Positions 1 through 12,238 of a stretch of 64,000 nucleotides of DNA are shown here, piece after piece (the stretch's first letter is position 1; each line of letters starts with the position of its first letter). The stretch comes from Felis catus. Its lineage: Eukaryota. A program made the translations under genes and the position numbers. Location: the NCBI RefSeq assembly GCF_018350175.1, contig NC_058368.1, forward strand, positions 36,396,001-36,460,000, in the 5' to 3' direction. The notes below the pieces were generated by a model, which saw nothing but the letters and a program-made list of their open reading frames with translations, was not told the origin of the DNA and did no database searches.

Positions 1-612
1 AAAATTGGTTTATTCACCTGGTTTTTATTGCCTTAATTCCCATCTCTAAAACCATTTGAAACATGCTATCTAGCAAGGGACTTATTATCTTCTTTATACT
101 AAGTTATTAGTAACAAGGCACGTTTAAACCATCTGGCCTGGATGTTCTCTTGGACTTCAAATTTGTAGCAGGCAGTTGGATTTCTTACCCTGTTCTGGGG
201 TTTCCTAATCCCTATATCAATTCCCACTCCAAGAGAGGGACACGGATTTTAAACTGTCAATCAGTATTTTGCCAGTTGAGATGAAATATAAAGGGCAAAA
301 AAAAAAAAAAAATTTACATAAGTCCAGGGCTCAGATTGGGCAAGACCACAAAGAATCTTTCTAAAAAGTTTTCCCAGAAGGAGCTAATTACTGTGGGAGA
401 AAGTAATCTTCATGTTTGGCTTGAATAACCACAGAAACAACAAAATGCAAATATTTAAAAAATGATGGGAAAATTAAAAGGAGAAAAACTTTTGATTGCA
501 CTCTCACAGGGACTTAACTTTTTTTTTTTTTTTGATGCAGTGAGTGTAAGTGTAAATGTATATACCCGCACATATACATTTACAGAAAGGGAAATAAAGG
601 ACATATACGAAA

Positions 613-1510
613 CATTCATTCATTTCACAAATAGTTTTTGAGCATCTAATAAGTGCCAGTGAATGTAAGAGATATAACACAGTATAGAACAAACACAGTC
701 TCTACCCAGACAAAGCCCAAATTCTAGTGAGAGAGATAGATAAGTAAAAGCTAAAGCAATAAATCAATAAATAATTACAAGGTGTGATAGTGATTGAAAG
801 TGAAAAGGAGGAATTGTTTACATTGGATGTTCAGAAAAGGCTTGTCTGAGAACTAAAGGAAGGGTGGGGTCAACTATGTCAGGAGCTGGGGGAAAGCTTT
901 CCAGACAAAGGAAACAGCAAATACAAAAGCCCGGCGATCAGAACAAGCGTGGAATGTTCTAGAAACTGTTAAAGGTCCGTGAGCCTGTTGGAAAGTGAGG
1001 TGAGCTGAAGTGGAGCAGTCGTCATGGGCCAGATCATTTTGGGCTTTGTAGGCTCTGGAAAGGAGTGAAATTTCACTCTTAAGTTTAAGAGAATCTATTG
1101 AAGGCTTTTAGGCTCCAAACGGCATCATCTGATTTATGTGTTTAAAAGATCGTTCTCATGGCTGTGTATAGAACAGACTGTAAGCAAGCAAGACTGGACA
1201 TCAGAAGCTGAGTAGAGAGAGGTACTGGCTTGGAGCAGAGGGTGGCAATAGACATGAAGAATAATGGGCAGATTTTGGGGCAGGATGAAAAGGGTGTACG
1301 AGCTAAAGGAAAGGATGAATCAAGGAAACCTCTTAGGTTTGGTGTTTGAATTAAGTGAATGTGGTGCCATGTATTGTTCTGGGAGGTCCCTATAGAGATC
1401 TCTGTACTGAGGCACCCACGAGATCAGTTTTGAACATGCAAAGTTTGAGACGTCTGTGAGATATTCAAGTAAAGCTATAATTTAGGAAACAGGATATCTA
1501 AGTTTGAGCT
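613..1510 (-). mobile_element. L2 LINE fragment (3' region)
   Basis: Starts with the reverse L2 3' end (cattcattcatttcacaaatagtttttgagcatctaataagtgccag), followed by typical L2 body motifs (gggccagatcattttgggctttgtagg; agttttgaacatgcaaagtttgaga). Confidence 0.75.
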
Positions 1511-1789
1511 GGATATAATAAGTATAAAGCCAATTTTATTCTCTGATTGGCCTAAATTACAAATATACACAGCATGTGCTTGGTGATTTAATTCTTTGAT
1601 TTCTTAAGGAACTGATCTGAATCTCAGATCCCTTTCACTGCTTTTACATTTTTCATTGTCTCCAAACACAAACCGATATCATTAAAAATGTTTGTTGTTT
1701 CATGCTTTTTCTAATTTTTTAGTATGCTAATTTTCCTCTATAAAATAGGCTTCTCAATTAGTTATGGAAAAGGGGAGAGAGTACTTGCT

Positions 1790-1960
1790 CTAAAGCAGGC
1801 AGGGACAACATAACATTATTTCACTCACACATAACAATTCTCTAATATCCTTTTTTTTTTTTTTTTTTTGCAGGTGAGGAAACTGAGGTTCACAGTATTG
1901 AAGTAACAATGACATATGGTTCAGATTGGAAGCCAACTTTGGTTTTGGCACTAAAAACCA
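1790..1960 (-). mobile_element. MIR SINE fragment
   Basis: Reverse MIR core caggtgaggaaactgaggttcacag. Confidence 0.6.
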
Positions 1961-2673
1961 TGTCCCATCTTTAGAGAGGCTATAAAGCACAGAGTCTCTC
2001 CTTCTGTTTCTCTTTTCGTTCCCATATTTCTTTGCACTGTTTTTACATCTCTTTTATAGTTCAACACAACTGAACCCAAGAAGCACTTAGAGCATCCCTG
2101 ACATTTGTGTTGCTGTTGGCTACACTTCTGCTGAGTTTTGGACACGCTCTGTTCCTCACCTCCACCACTTGGTAGTATCCTGCCATTGTCTCAGCTGCTT
2201 AATAAAAAGAAAGTCCCGATATCCGCTCTTCCCAGAATGTCATAAATAGCTGCTATTGCCTTGGCAATTTTCTGGACCTCTGCATCCAGTGAGGATTGGC
2301 TGTTACCTAAACTGTTCATTTTCTCCTGGCCATAATCCACAGGAAACTAGATTCATTAACTCTGAGGCTTGCTTAATGGAACAAACAACTTGATTTTCTT
2401 CCTCTTTTCTCTTTGTTCTTCCATAATATGTTTTCTTACTATATTTCCTATTCTTTTGTTTCGCCTTTAATTTCACTATTTTCTTTTTATGTTGTTTTAA
2501 AAATAATCCAATGACCTTTCCCAGTCTCCGTTTTTCCCCCTGCATTTGTATTTTCCAGACTAGTACTATTTGAATCTTAGTACTTATTTATTTAAACAAA
2601 CTAATAGCCCTGGCACAGGACTTGATTATTCTATTTCAGAAAGAAACTAGTCATTAGAAGATATACACATCTT

Positions 2674-2899
2674 GGGGCGCCTGGGTGGCGCAGTCGGTTA
2701 AGCGTCCGACTTCAGCCAGGTCACGATCTCGCGGTCCGTGAGTTTGAGCCCTGCGTCAGGCTCTGGGCTGATGGCTCGGAGCCTGGAGCCTGTTTCCGAT
2801 GCTGTGTCTCCCTCTCTCTCTGCCCCTCCCCCGTTCATGCTTTGTTTCTCTCTGTCCCAAAAATAAATAAAAAACTTTGAAAAAAAATTAAAAAAAAAA
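2674..2899 (+). mobile_element. Young feline Can-SINE (SINEC_Fc type)
   Basis: Head ggggcgcctgggtggcgcagtcggttaagcgtccgacttcagccaggtcacgatctcgcggtccg, (CT)n tract and A-tail. Perfect 18-bp TSD agaagatatacacatctt at 2656-2673 and 2900-2917. Confidence 0.97.
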
Positions 2900-4331
2900 A
2901 GAAGATATACACATCTTAATCAGATACACTAGTCAAGGGAACTCCCACATTATTTTTTAATACAAACTCCTCTGCAGTGATTTCTATGTGTCAGTCACTG
3001 TTATAAACTGTGAGCTATCACTTAATCCTCCTAGCCAGTCTCTGAGAGTGGCTACTATTATTATCTGCATGTTTCAAATGAAGACACCCCCAACAAAGTA
3101 GAACAGGTACTCAGAATAGAAAAATCTATATTCACTTTCACACATGGAGATGGAATCAAACCCTAATCACCTGACATTAGCATATATTTGGGGTATTGTA
3201 TAAAAGGGAAGGGGGAAGGAACCAGAAAATGGGGTTTCTGATTATGCAAAGATGTGGTCTGTTCCCAGGAGAAGGGAGTGGAGTTGCAGATGGAGAGAAC
3301 TGAAGAAGAAGGCATGACTTATCCCGTAAGCAAGAGAGGCAGGCTATGGAGGAAGACTGACCTCCTTGCAAAGGTAGATGTCTCTGGTGCCCTTCCTTTT
3401 GATACGAAAATAAAATGTTTTATGTTAGCTAGAACATTATTCTTTTCCTGCTAGCACTCTATAGAGAAATTTGCATATACCTGCACAGTATGGTAGACTT
3501 ATCTGAGGAGACAAAGAAACATGGTGGCCTCAGGGAAGTGGACTATGGGTCAGGGTTCTAAGTAGTGATTGGCAGTACTCTTGGGTGGTCCCAGTGGGTG
3601 GCCCCAGTGGGAGCAATTGTAGAGAAGCATTCTAGGAAAATGTAAAGCCAAAACCTGGCTACTGTATAAAGATTGCTATGAATGGGGAAAAGAGGGAGCT
3701 AGGAAACATTTGTATTTCATAACACATACGAATTGCTTATATGATAGGAAAAGAATACAAATATGATTTTTCATGTGTAAGCTAATGTCATCATATGTTG
3801 TATTGTGACACCCTGATGGCATTTGAATGTTAAAAAAAAATCACAAGACCAGGAGTAGCTCATCACTTTGCACAAGTATCCTTGTACAAACAAGTTTTTG
3901 GTGAGAGGTCCTGGCTTATCAATAGCAACACAGTTGAGTTCTATTTGAACCACAAAGTATGCATGACCTAGAGTCAAGTATTTGGAAAATTAAAGATCAA
4001 CTTAAAATAAGCCTACACTGTAAGCGTAACCAAAGAATGCAAAACAAATTAAATCGATAATGATAAAACTAATCGTCTTGTATCATTAAAGAGTAAGAGT
4101 CATGGTGAATAAGAACTATGACCAATCCAACATAATGTCATTGATATACTGATTCTAAAGGAAGTAGGACTTTCAAGCATCTGTAACACGTAAGTAGTAA
4201 ACCCTTTTTGCAAAGCTGGTTACCAGCTGGTAGAATACTAATTTAGAGTCTTTGGTAAATTCTAGAATAAGTTTAATTTAGCTCATAAATACCACATTTG
4301 AGGAATTCTTAATAAATCACTCTCTATAACA

Positions 4332-5082
4332 GTTAGGAATGCTTTGGGCCGCATATTACAGAAAACTCCAGCTGACAGTGGCTTAAGCCATAAGAATATT
4401 GTTCATGTAACCATAAAAAATTGGGTGCTTCTGGTTTGGGGATCAGATGAGCAGGTCCAAATTTTAGGGCATTTGGCTGATGTATCTGTGATTCTCTAGG
4501 TCTTTCAAGAGGCACCAGGCATCCTGTTCTCCGGCCTAAGAATTAAAAGACAAGAAGGAAGGGTATGGCCAGAGTGGTGAGGAGTTTCTCTTTCATGCCT
4601 TTCTGCTTTTATCCAGGAGGAAAAAATCTTCCCTAGAAGTCTACTCAGAAGACCTCCTCCTATGTCACATTGACCAGAACTGTGTCCTAGGAGCAAATAA
4701 GCTTCAAGGGAGACCAGAAAGATGAATCTATATATATATTTTTTTCTTTCTTTTTTTTTTTTCCCAGCTTCTAGAGAGAGAAATGAGCAAGGAAGAAGGA
4801 ATTTGAAAATGGTTATTGGAGGGGCGCCTGGGTGGCTCAGTAGGTTAAACATCCGGCTTTGGCTCAGGTCATGATCTCGTGGTTCATGAGTTCGAGCCCC
4901 ATGTCAGGCTCTGTGCTGACAGCTTGGAGCCTGGAACCTGCTTCGGATTCTGTGTCTCCCTCTCTCTCTCTCTGTCTCTGCCCCTCTCCTACTCGTTCTC
5001 TGTCTCTCAAAAATAAATAAACATTTAAAAAAATGTTTTAATGAAAATGGCGATTGGATAGTCCATTAATGAGTATTGGTCA
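4332..5082 (-). mobile_element. Old MaLR LTR (MLT1J/K-like), interrupted by a Can-SINE
   Basis: gttaggaatgctttggg...acagaaaactcc...cagtggcttaa and tcacattgaccagaactgtgtc motifs typical of reverse MLT1. Confidence 0.55.
4821..5043 (+). mobile_element. Can-SINE
   Basis: Head ggggcgcctgggtggctcag, (CT)n tract, A-tail. TSD gaaaatggttattgga / gaaaatggcgattgga. Confidence 0.95.
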
Positions 5083-6712
5083 TATTTTTTTTTTTGTTTG
5101 CAATCCTTTACTTGGTCTGGTTTTCTTAAAACATAAAATCAAGCCTCTTTATCATGACACAGGTTTTTCATAAACAGCCCTCTGCCCACCTCTTTAGCTT
5201 CACCCCCACCCCCACCCTATCCCACAGGCAACCTGGGTTTTGACAATTATGGACCAATTGCAGTTTCTACACCTCAGCATTCTGTCCTATACTTCTATGT
5301 CTTAGCTTTCCTATTCACCCCTTAAAGACACAGTCAGTGAAGTATTTTCCAGCCTTATCTATCACCGTAGGAAAAAAGTCATTCTCTCCTCCTCTCCAGT
5401 TCCCACAGCATCCTGTATTCTGTGCTATATTCTGTGCTATAGCACTCGATCACATGGTTTTGATTCTGATGGCTTAATTGTCAGTCTTCCTTACCAAGCC
5501 CGGAAGGACAGGATTTTATTTTGTCATCTTTGTGCAGCACGTTGCACAGCATGAAGCATGTAATAATAGAGCCATAAAAATTTGTATGAATGAATGAATG
5601 AATGAATGACCGTATCATTGGTAATCACTCAAACCTTGATGGCCTAGGTATAAATGTGCTGGATATAGGCATGATTTTTTTTCCCCCTCTTTCTTTTTTC
5701 TTTGGCCGTTTTGCTGTGTTGCATATTTTTCTCCGGACCCTCATCTTACTTGTGTAGCACAGGACTAAGGGGCTGCTTTCCAGGTGGCTGCTTTGTTCAT
5801 TGTCATTTCCTCCTAGCATTCTTCCTAAGCCTCAGGCTTAGTCTGACACCTTGCTGCATTTCCTCTCCTTGCATCTACAGAGGGTCTCTCTGTGTTCTCT
5901 GCCTCCAATGCCAAGGCCACACAATCTCGACAGGCCTCAAAAAGGCCCTTTCCTACTAAAGTAAACCAACCTCCTGCCTCACCACTTTGTTACTGGTTTT
6001 TCTCATCTCATTTTTTCATCACTCTATTCTCTAATGCGATAGAATCTTCATGAGAAAATACTTTGTTTAAAAAGGAGACTCGTTTCCTATTTAAGGATCT
6101 TCACCAAGATCGGCAAAGAAAGCAAGAGAATACATCATTTTTAAGGTACTCATTGGTGTCCTTTCTTGCCCCACTCACTTAAGTCTGGGATTGGGGGGTC
6201 AGCAGGAAACATTTTACTCCTTTCTGCCTGTTATTTATGTATGGTTCTGAAATTGCTCTGTCTCCAGGAAAGAAGTAATATTTCTCTTCCCAAATTTTCT
6301 CACTGACTTTCAAAGGGGCTTAAATGCTGACTTTCCCACCCTTCAGATCTAGCATACACTACACAATAGGAATCTGAAGTTGCATTTCTAGGTGCAATCA
6401 GTGTATATGTGCAGGGGGTTTGAGAGACTTTGTACTCAGGGCTCAGAATTAGGAACAAGCTGAAGGATTTATCAACGGACAGGGGAAAGAGAGAGCACAC
6501 AAGTGACAAGGGCACAAGCCTCTCTCCTATGCGTTTGCATAATAACTTGACTTTAATATGATTGGTTAATTAGAGAACATTATATTTTCTTGGGTTGAGA
6601 TTGGGAATTAGCATTGGTTGAAACAAAATTGCTGTTCTGGTTGCAGCCAGCTTTGTTTCAATGGCGAGGTGGTAAGACAATGGGGGATGAAGGTGATAAG
6701 GGCGTGTCTTTA

Positions 6713-6930
6713 AATTTTTTTTTTTTTAACGTTTATTTATTTTTGGGACAGAGAGAGACAGAGCATGAACGGGGGAGGGGCAGAGAGAGAGGGAGACACA
6801 GAATCGGAAACAGGCTCCAGGCTCCGAGCCGTCAGCCCAGAGCCTGAAGCGGGGCTCGAACTCACGGACCACGAAATGGTGACCTGAGCTAAAGTCGGAA
6901 GCTTAACCGACTGAGCCACCCAGGCGCCCC
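6713..6930 (-). mobile_element. Can-SINE (feline type)
   Basis: Reverse head ...ctgagccacccaggcgcccc, (GA)n tract, T-tail. TSD gggcgtgtcttta. Confidence 0.95.
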
Positions 6931-7041
6931 AGGGGCGTGTCTTTAGATAAGTGCTGGGCTGGTAGTAGCTCTGGTGGTGACTTTCTGGAAAAGAAAAGCA
7001 ATTAGTCTTGCAGTGCAGAGGAACTGGTACTCAAAAAATAC

Positions 7042-7197
7042 GTGGGAATTTTTAGTTGCCGAAACAACTGGCATGGGTGGGAGATTTATTGGCAATTAGC
7101 GGCTGGAGGCCAGAGATACTGGATGCCCTGCAAGGTGCAGAACAGACCCACACAAGGAGGAATTCGCTCACCCAGAATGTAAAATGCCTAAAGTTGT
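7042..7197 (+). mobile_element. MER20-like hAT non-autonomous DNA transposon
   Basis: tttagttgccgaaacaactgg...ggcaattagcggctggaggccagagatactg...cccacacaaggaggaattcgctcacccagaatgt resembles the MER20 consensus. Confidence 0.65.
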
Positions 7198-7748
7198 ACT
7201 TCCCCCATCTACCCCCAACCCAAGGATAGAGATGGAAGCTGGAGAAAAAGCCATACACACAAAAAAAGCTGTACACAAAACGCATGAAGGAAAACCTTTA
7301 TTGTTGACATTTTGAAGTCTGAAAATCTATGGCTTTCTAACCCTCTTTCGTGCTGAAACAGAAGTTTTGTTTTGTTTTGTTTTGTTTTTTAATCTGTTTG
7401 TTCACTCATGTAACAGGAGGGTTCTTAGGAAGGCAACTGACAGCATTTTTTACAAGGACAGACAATAAAAGAAGAAATAGTTCCCAGTATTTGACCTGTT
7501 CTGCATTTCCTTAACCAGAAGTGGCTTTCTTGTACTTATCAGTTCCCACTTCTACTTTAGGCAATTTTTCCATTAAAGGGAAAGCTATGCTTGTACAAGA
7601 GGAACATGTTGACCAACTTAAACTTCTTTCAGGTGTTATAAATTAAACCGGAAGTGTCTTTAAATTGCCTTCATTTTAGAATAAAGTTTAGTATACTCAG
7701 CACCCCTTTTGTCTCTTGGTACTTTTTTCATTAACATACCTTGTCTTG

Positions 7749-7874
7749 GGGGCACCTGGATGGTTCAGTTAATAGAATATGTGACTCCTGATATCAGGGT
7801 CGTGAGTTTGAACCCCATGTTAGGCATGGACCCTATGTAAAAACAAACAAACAAACAAACAAACAAACAAAAAA
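7749..7874 (+). mobile_element. Short old Can-SINE with (AAAC)n tail
   Basis: tRNA-like head ggggcacctggatggttcagtt...gtcgtgagtttgaacccc, no CT tract. Confidence 0.85.
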
Positions 7875-7899
7875 CCCTACATCTTCCCTTGCTGATGTT

Positions 7900-8600
7900 A
7901 GTCAACGTCCGTGTTGATTGTCTATTGTTGAAGTTAATCTGTCTCTTCTCTAGTTACTTCTAAGATTTTCTGATTATTCTTAAGTTTGATCACTCTGTCT
8001 TGCAATTGTATGTCTAAGATTTTTTTTTTTTTTATCCTGTGCAAAATAGTGTGTGTTTCTTCAGTCGGAGGTCTCATGTCTTGATTCACTTCTGGAAATC
8101 TCTTCGATATCTTCCTTTCATACTCAGATCTTTTCATTCTATCCTTCTATTTCTCTTAACTCTGTTTTCATGGTTTTCATCTTTATTTCTCTGTGCTGTG
8201 TTCTGGGTTATCTCCAGAGATCTATCTTTCATTTCATATCACATCTTATACTGTAACTAAACCATTATGAAACAAGTCTGTTGAGGGTTTTTTTTGTTTG
8301 TTTTGTTTGTTTGTTTTTGTTTTTTTTTTTTTATGCTGACTCTATTGTTTCCTATCTATGATTTTTTTAATAGTCTAATTTCTTGCAGCTTTAGGGATCT
8401 GCTCATTTAAAAATGCATATAGCCTATCTCTTTAAACACTTAAAACATGTTTATATTAAAGTTCCCTTCAGATTGCTTTGTTATTATAGCTGTGAAATCT
8501 CCCCTTTGTTAGGACTGGGGGTTCTCTTGTTTGCTACTAAGCATTGTCATGTAATTACTGTGTTTGGGTTGATTTTCCATAAGCGTTCTCTTTCTTAGCA
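7900..8600 (-). mobile_element. Old L1/HAL1 fragment with ORF1 remnant
   Basis: The ORF at 7934-8137 (KRFPEVNQDMRPPTEETHTILHRIKKK...VIKLKNNQKILEVTREE) resembles the L1 ORF1p segment ENFP...IEEAHR...IIVKL...KILKAAREK. Confidence 0.65.
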
Positions 8601-9118
8601 GTTTCTCATGGGCCCATGAGGATGCCTCAGAGCTGGTATAACATTGCCTCTACTGAGGCTCTGAACTAATGTGGGTAGTGTGAACTTCCATCCTTGCACC
8701 TGAACACAGATTTGACTCTTCTGCATGGATTATTTCCTCCTCATCCCCAGGCAGATGGCTACCTGTGGGGTCTACCTAAGGCCTATTGGTCTCATGAAAC
8801 AATTCTTTCTCCTCTTTTCTCTTTAAGCAGAAAATGGAGTTCTTGCTGTCTATAGCATCTGCACCTTACGTCTTATCTCCACCAAGTATTAAAGTCCTGA
8901 TTATGGTATCAGGTGCCTCGCAGTGCAGCTTTAATTCCCTCTTACTCTGAGCCTTTAAATAAATTTCTTCATTTATGCAACCTGGAGATTTTTTTTTCTA
9001 GTGTTTAGCTTGGCTACCTTCTATTAAAATAATTGAAAATGTTTTATCAGGATTTCTATATATTCTTATTGTTGTTAGAGACATAGAGGAAATTTCTCCT
9101 TCTGGTTAGCCTATCATC

Positions 9119-9335
9119 TTTTTTTTTTTTTAATGTTTATTCATTTTGAGAGAAAGAGCATGCACATGCACTCACAGGAGAGCAGGGGATGAGCAGAGAG
9201 GGAGAGAGAAATATCAGCAGGCTCTGTGCCATTGGTGCAGAGCCCAATGGGGGCTCAAACTCACAAACTGTGAGATCATGACCTGAGCCTAAATCAAGAG
9301 TCAGACACTTAACCAGCTGAGCCACCCAGGCTCTC
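9119..9335 (-). mobile_element. Can-SINE
   Basis: T-tail, (GA)n tract, reverse body tgagatcatgacctgagcc...ctgagccacccagg. Confidence 0.93.
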
Positions 9336-9463
9336 CAGAGCCTACCAGCTTAATTAGAAGTCACAGTAAGCCTATCTTTACCTCAAAAGTGTTTTATTCT
9401 GTACGATTCAGTGTTTAAGGAATGGTTGCTGAATTGTTATATAATTGAAGTACATATCATATT

Positions 9464-10295
9464 CTGGCTAAGTTGAACCTTGTATAGAGGAGCTTTAAAT
9501 CAACATTATGGAAAATACACCGAGCAAGAAACTAATGCTCTTGGTGGTGGTGTGTCAAATTGGTTACTCAGAGTGGATTTTTTTTTTTTCTTTTTCACCA
9601 CTTAATTGCCTATTAAGCTTATCTGAGAAATTGATTTTTTATAGCTCTGTAATTAAGTGAATGACTCTTGGATTTCGGTCTTGGCAGATTCTGGGTGTAA
9701 ATTCCAACAATGCCACATTCAAGTGTTCAAGACACATAGTAGGTACTCAATAATCACTTGTTGAAGGAGGAAATGAATGAATAAATGATCTTACTAAATG
9801 TCAGTTCCTCCCAAGTAAAATATGGGTAATAATAGTAACCACCTCATTGGGTTTTGAGAATTGAGTTCATGCATGTAAAGATTCTACTGTAATCTATACC
9901 ATTGGGTAAGAGCTCAATAAATTATGATTCCATAGAGTTACATGAAATGCATATTTCAGGGCCTTGACGTAGAAGAATTTAGATAATTATGTATTCACTT
10001 TACTTTTTCTTTTGTTTGCCTTATTGCTTCGATTATCTATATCTTATTTTGAAAAGATGTCTACTCTTTATAGGGTCACACTCGTAGATAGCAGTAAGAT
10101 TCAACTTTGAACTCATGTTCCCCCAGACTAAATTTATGAAAAAAAATTTCTGATAGTCTTAATATTAATAACAATGGAATGGTTGATCTCCAGGTATTTA
10201 TTACCTTGTTAGAAAAATTGAATCAAGAAAGTAGAAGCCTAAATAAAGACCTAGAATCTTTGCACCAGTGGAAATACCATATCATGTTATTCTAA
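9464..10295 (+). pseudogene. Candidate decayed, intron-containing S100-family (EF-hand) pseudogene
   Basis: 10127-10295 reads TKFMKK/ISDSLNINNNGMVDLQVFITLLEKLNQESRS after a tgttcccccag acceptor, with one extra A in an A8 run. It fits the S100 canonical EF-hand signature apart from four residues, each one base from consensus. 9472-9581 reads VEPCIEE/LNQHYGKYTEQETNALGGGVSNWLLRVDF with one frameshift, matching S100 helix I-loop-helix II spacing. Pattern match by eye only. Confidence 0.42.
9730..9925 (+). mobile_element. L2 3' end plus MIR fragment
   Basis: cacatagtaggtactcaataatcacttgttgaaggaggaaatgaatgaa (L2 end), then tcagttcctcccaagtaaaatatgggtaataatagtaacc (MIR core). Confidence 0.6.
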
Positions 10296-12238
10296 AGAAA
10301 AAAAAAAGGCTTTCCTGATTTAATAGATATTAAAGACAAAGGAGAAATAAAAACACAAATATCCTTGAGTTCATTCTGATTTTCACTGATTACTTTTTTT
10401 AAGGGAGTTAGAATATCTTAAAGAAAATTAGATCATCATATAGTTTTGTGCTATTATAGTCCTTTTAATATTCAACTACAATTTATATAATTTAAACTAC
10501 AAATTTTAGAATTCTTTTGTATTTTCCTGCTTGATAATAAATACAGAAAGTTATAGTGCCATCTTGTGAAAAAGATGCAGAACTGCATTGTATTAACATT
10601 TGAATAAATTGACTTAGGTGAGGAAAGGGATATAAAGCTAAAGAGTTGTGTGTAATAAAGGTCAACCAGCATATTTCTATTACCTTAACTAGATTTAATG
10701 TTAAAAAAAATAGAATTTAGGTGGGTTTGCCACCTTCTCAGGTTTTTCTGTGGCATGGAAGATAGCCAGAAAGGAAAAGCTAACACGTTGAATTGAAACC
10801 ATGCAAGAGAAATTACCAAATTTTAGAACACTTTGATTCCAAGGGGAGAAAGAATGAGAGGAATAAATTATATCTGATTCCTTGAATTGCAAAACTATAT
10901 ATGTGATTGAACCAAAGATGTTGCTCCACACAATTGAGAGGAGAAGGAATTGTTCCTAACACTGGATAAAATACTCACCTGAGCCTACACAAGACAGGGA
11001 TACCCTCTGGTTGTCATAGAAAAAGAATCCAGGGAGTTGACAGAGGTTTTCGTCACTTATAGAAAAGAGTTATCCTGTATGAATGAAAGTGACTCCAGAA
11101 TATTTATTTTAACTTGTTCTAGGAAGAGGCAGGAAGCATCTGTTTGTAGGAATATGAGGCACATTATAGCTAAGTTCAAGGCTCTTTAAACGACCTGGTA
11201 CAAAAGACAAAAGCAGCTTCTTGCCCACTGATTCAAGAGCTCTGTCTTTGCCTGCTTATATCTGAACACCCCACATGCAAGCCCATTGAAACAGTTGTAC
11301 CTGGTCACCAGGACACTACAGAGATCTGGTGAAGGCACCAGCATAGGAAATGGATTTTATTTGAGGTTTAACAGGGGACCAAATGAAAAGAACAAAGACT
11401 GTTCTTGTTAGGATGAGCCAAAAGAGAGAAAGAAAATGAACACGAGGAGATAGAAACTGGGAGGCAGTAATGATTGGAGGTGATTAGATGATTAGGTGAA
11501 GGGATGGTCATAGCAGTTGAAATGGAATCTCATTTTTGTGGTACCATTTTGATGGCCAAAAGATAGCTTCTGTAGCTTCCAGGAAGTATGCTGAAGAAAG
11601 TACCAAGGACGAGGAAAAGATGAGAGAATAGTAATAATGAAAGGGCTCATTTGGGGAAAAAAAGGAAAGAAAAAATTGGATTATTCCCTATGATCCTGTT
11701 CCTATTACCAATATTTTAAGCTCCTTCACTGATCTAAAGGCCCATGGGAGTTGCCAGCTAAATAATTTCACTGCCTCTACTCCCTCCTACATGTTTAAGG
11801 AAGTGGTCATGCACATGCAGTGAGACACGAAACTGAAGGAATTTTATTCCTAAAATCTTCCTTTGAATTTTCTTGCCTTCATGGATTTAACTTAGATCCT
11901 TTAATGCTATAATAATTTGGTTTCATATTGAATGTCCTTTGGGCTTTCATTGTCATTTATTTTATTTTATTTTTCTAAGGAGTTTTCCACGAGTTCAAAA
12001 TAATCCTTTCGGCAAAAGGCAATTCAATTACAGTGACAGCCTAGAAAGAACTCAACATGGTACAATTCTCTAGTGAGATCAGATTTCCTGCTAAACCCAG
12101 ATGATTTTATAAAACCAAAATTTGTATTTGCGTTTTGAGACACTTGACTGAAAGGCTTGATCAAGACCTAAAGTATCAAATAAAAGTGAATCTCTCATCT
12201 ATAGAAGACAGAAGTGAATTAAGAGTTTAAGTGGCTCA

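Noticed and set aside
2303..2545. Lysine-rich 80-aa minus-strand ORF ending near a donor-like AG|gtaac
   Set aside because: The composition comes from a T-rich low-complexity tract. No homolog or partner exon was recognised.
2674..2760. tRNA-like A and B boxes at SINE heads
   Set aside because: They belong to tRNA-derived Can-SINEs with CT tracts, tails and TSDs, so they are not tRNA genes.
3195..3415. TATAAAAG with an octamer-like motif and a downstream AATAAA, as a possible promoter or old LTR
   Set aside because: These short motifs are common in AT-rich DNA, and no LTR boundaries or first exon could be defined.
6614..6919. Recurrent ORFs such as MAQSV...SSSPASGSGL and GQRETEHERGRGRERG (also near 31228 and 57408)
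   Set aside because: They are translations of Can-SINE bodies, not a gene family.
8605..8620. Perfect 16-bp palindrome ctcatgggcccatgag
   Set aside because: About one such palindrome is expected by chance in 64 kb (64000 divided by 4^8), and there is no supporting context.
10983..11189. Stop-free + frame PLVVIEKESRELTEVFVTYRKELSCMNESDSRIFIL, loosely like an S100 N-terminus
   Set aside because: There is no start codon upstream of the matching part, no fitting splice sites and no downstream EF-hand partner. A similar loose match occurs near 46310 (PSQAETSL), showing such patterns arise by chance.
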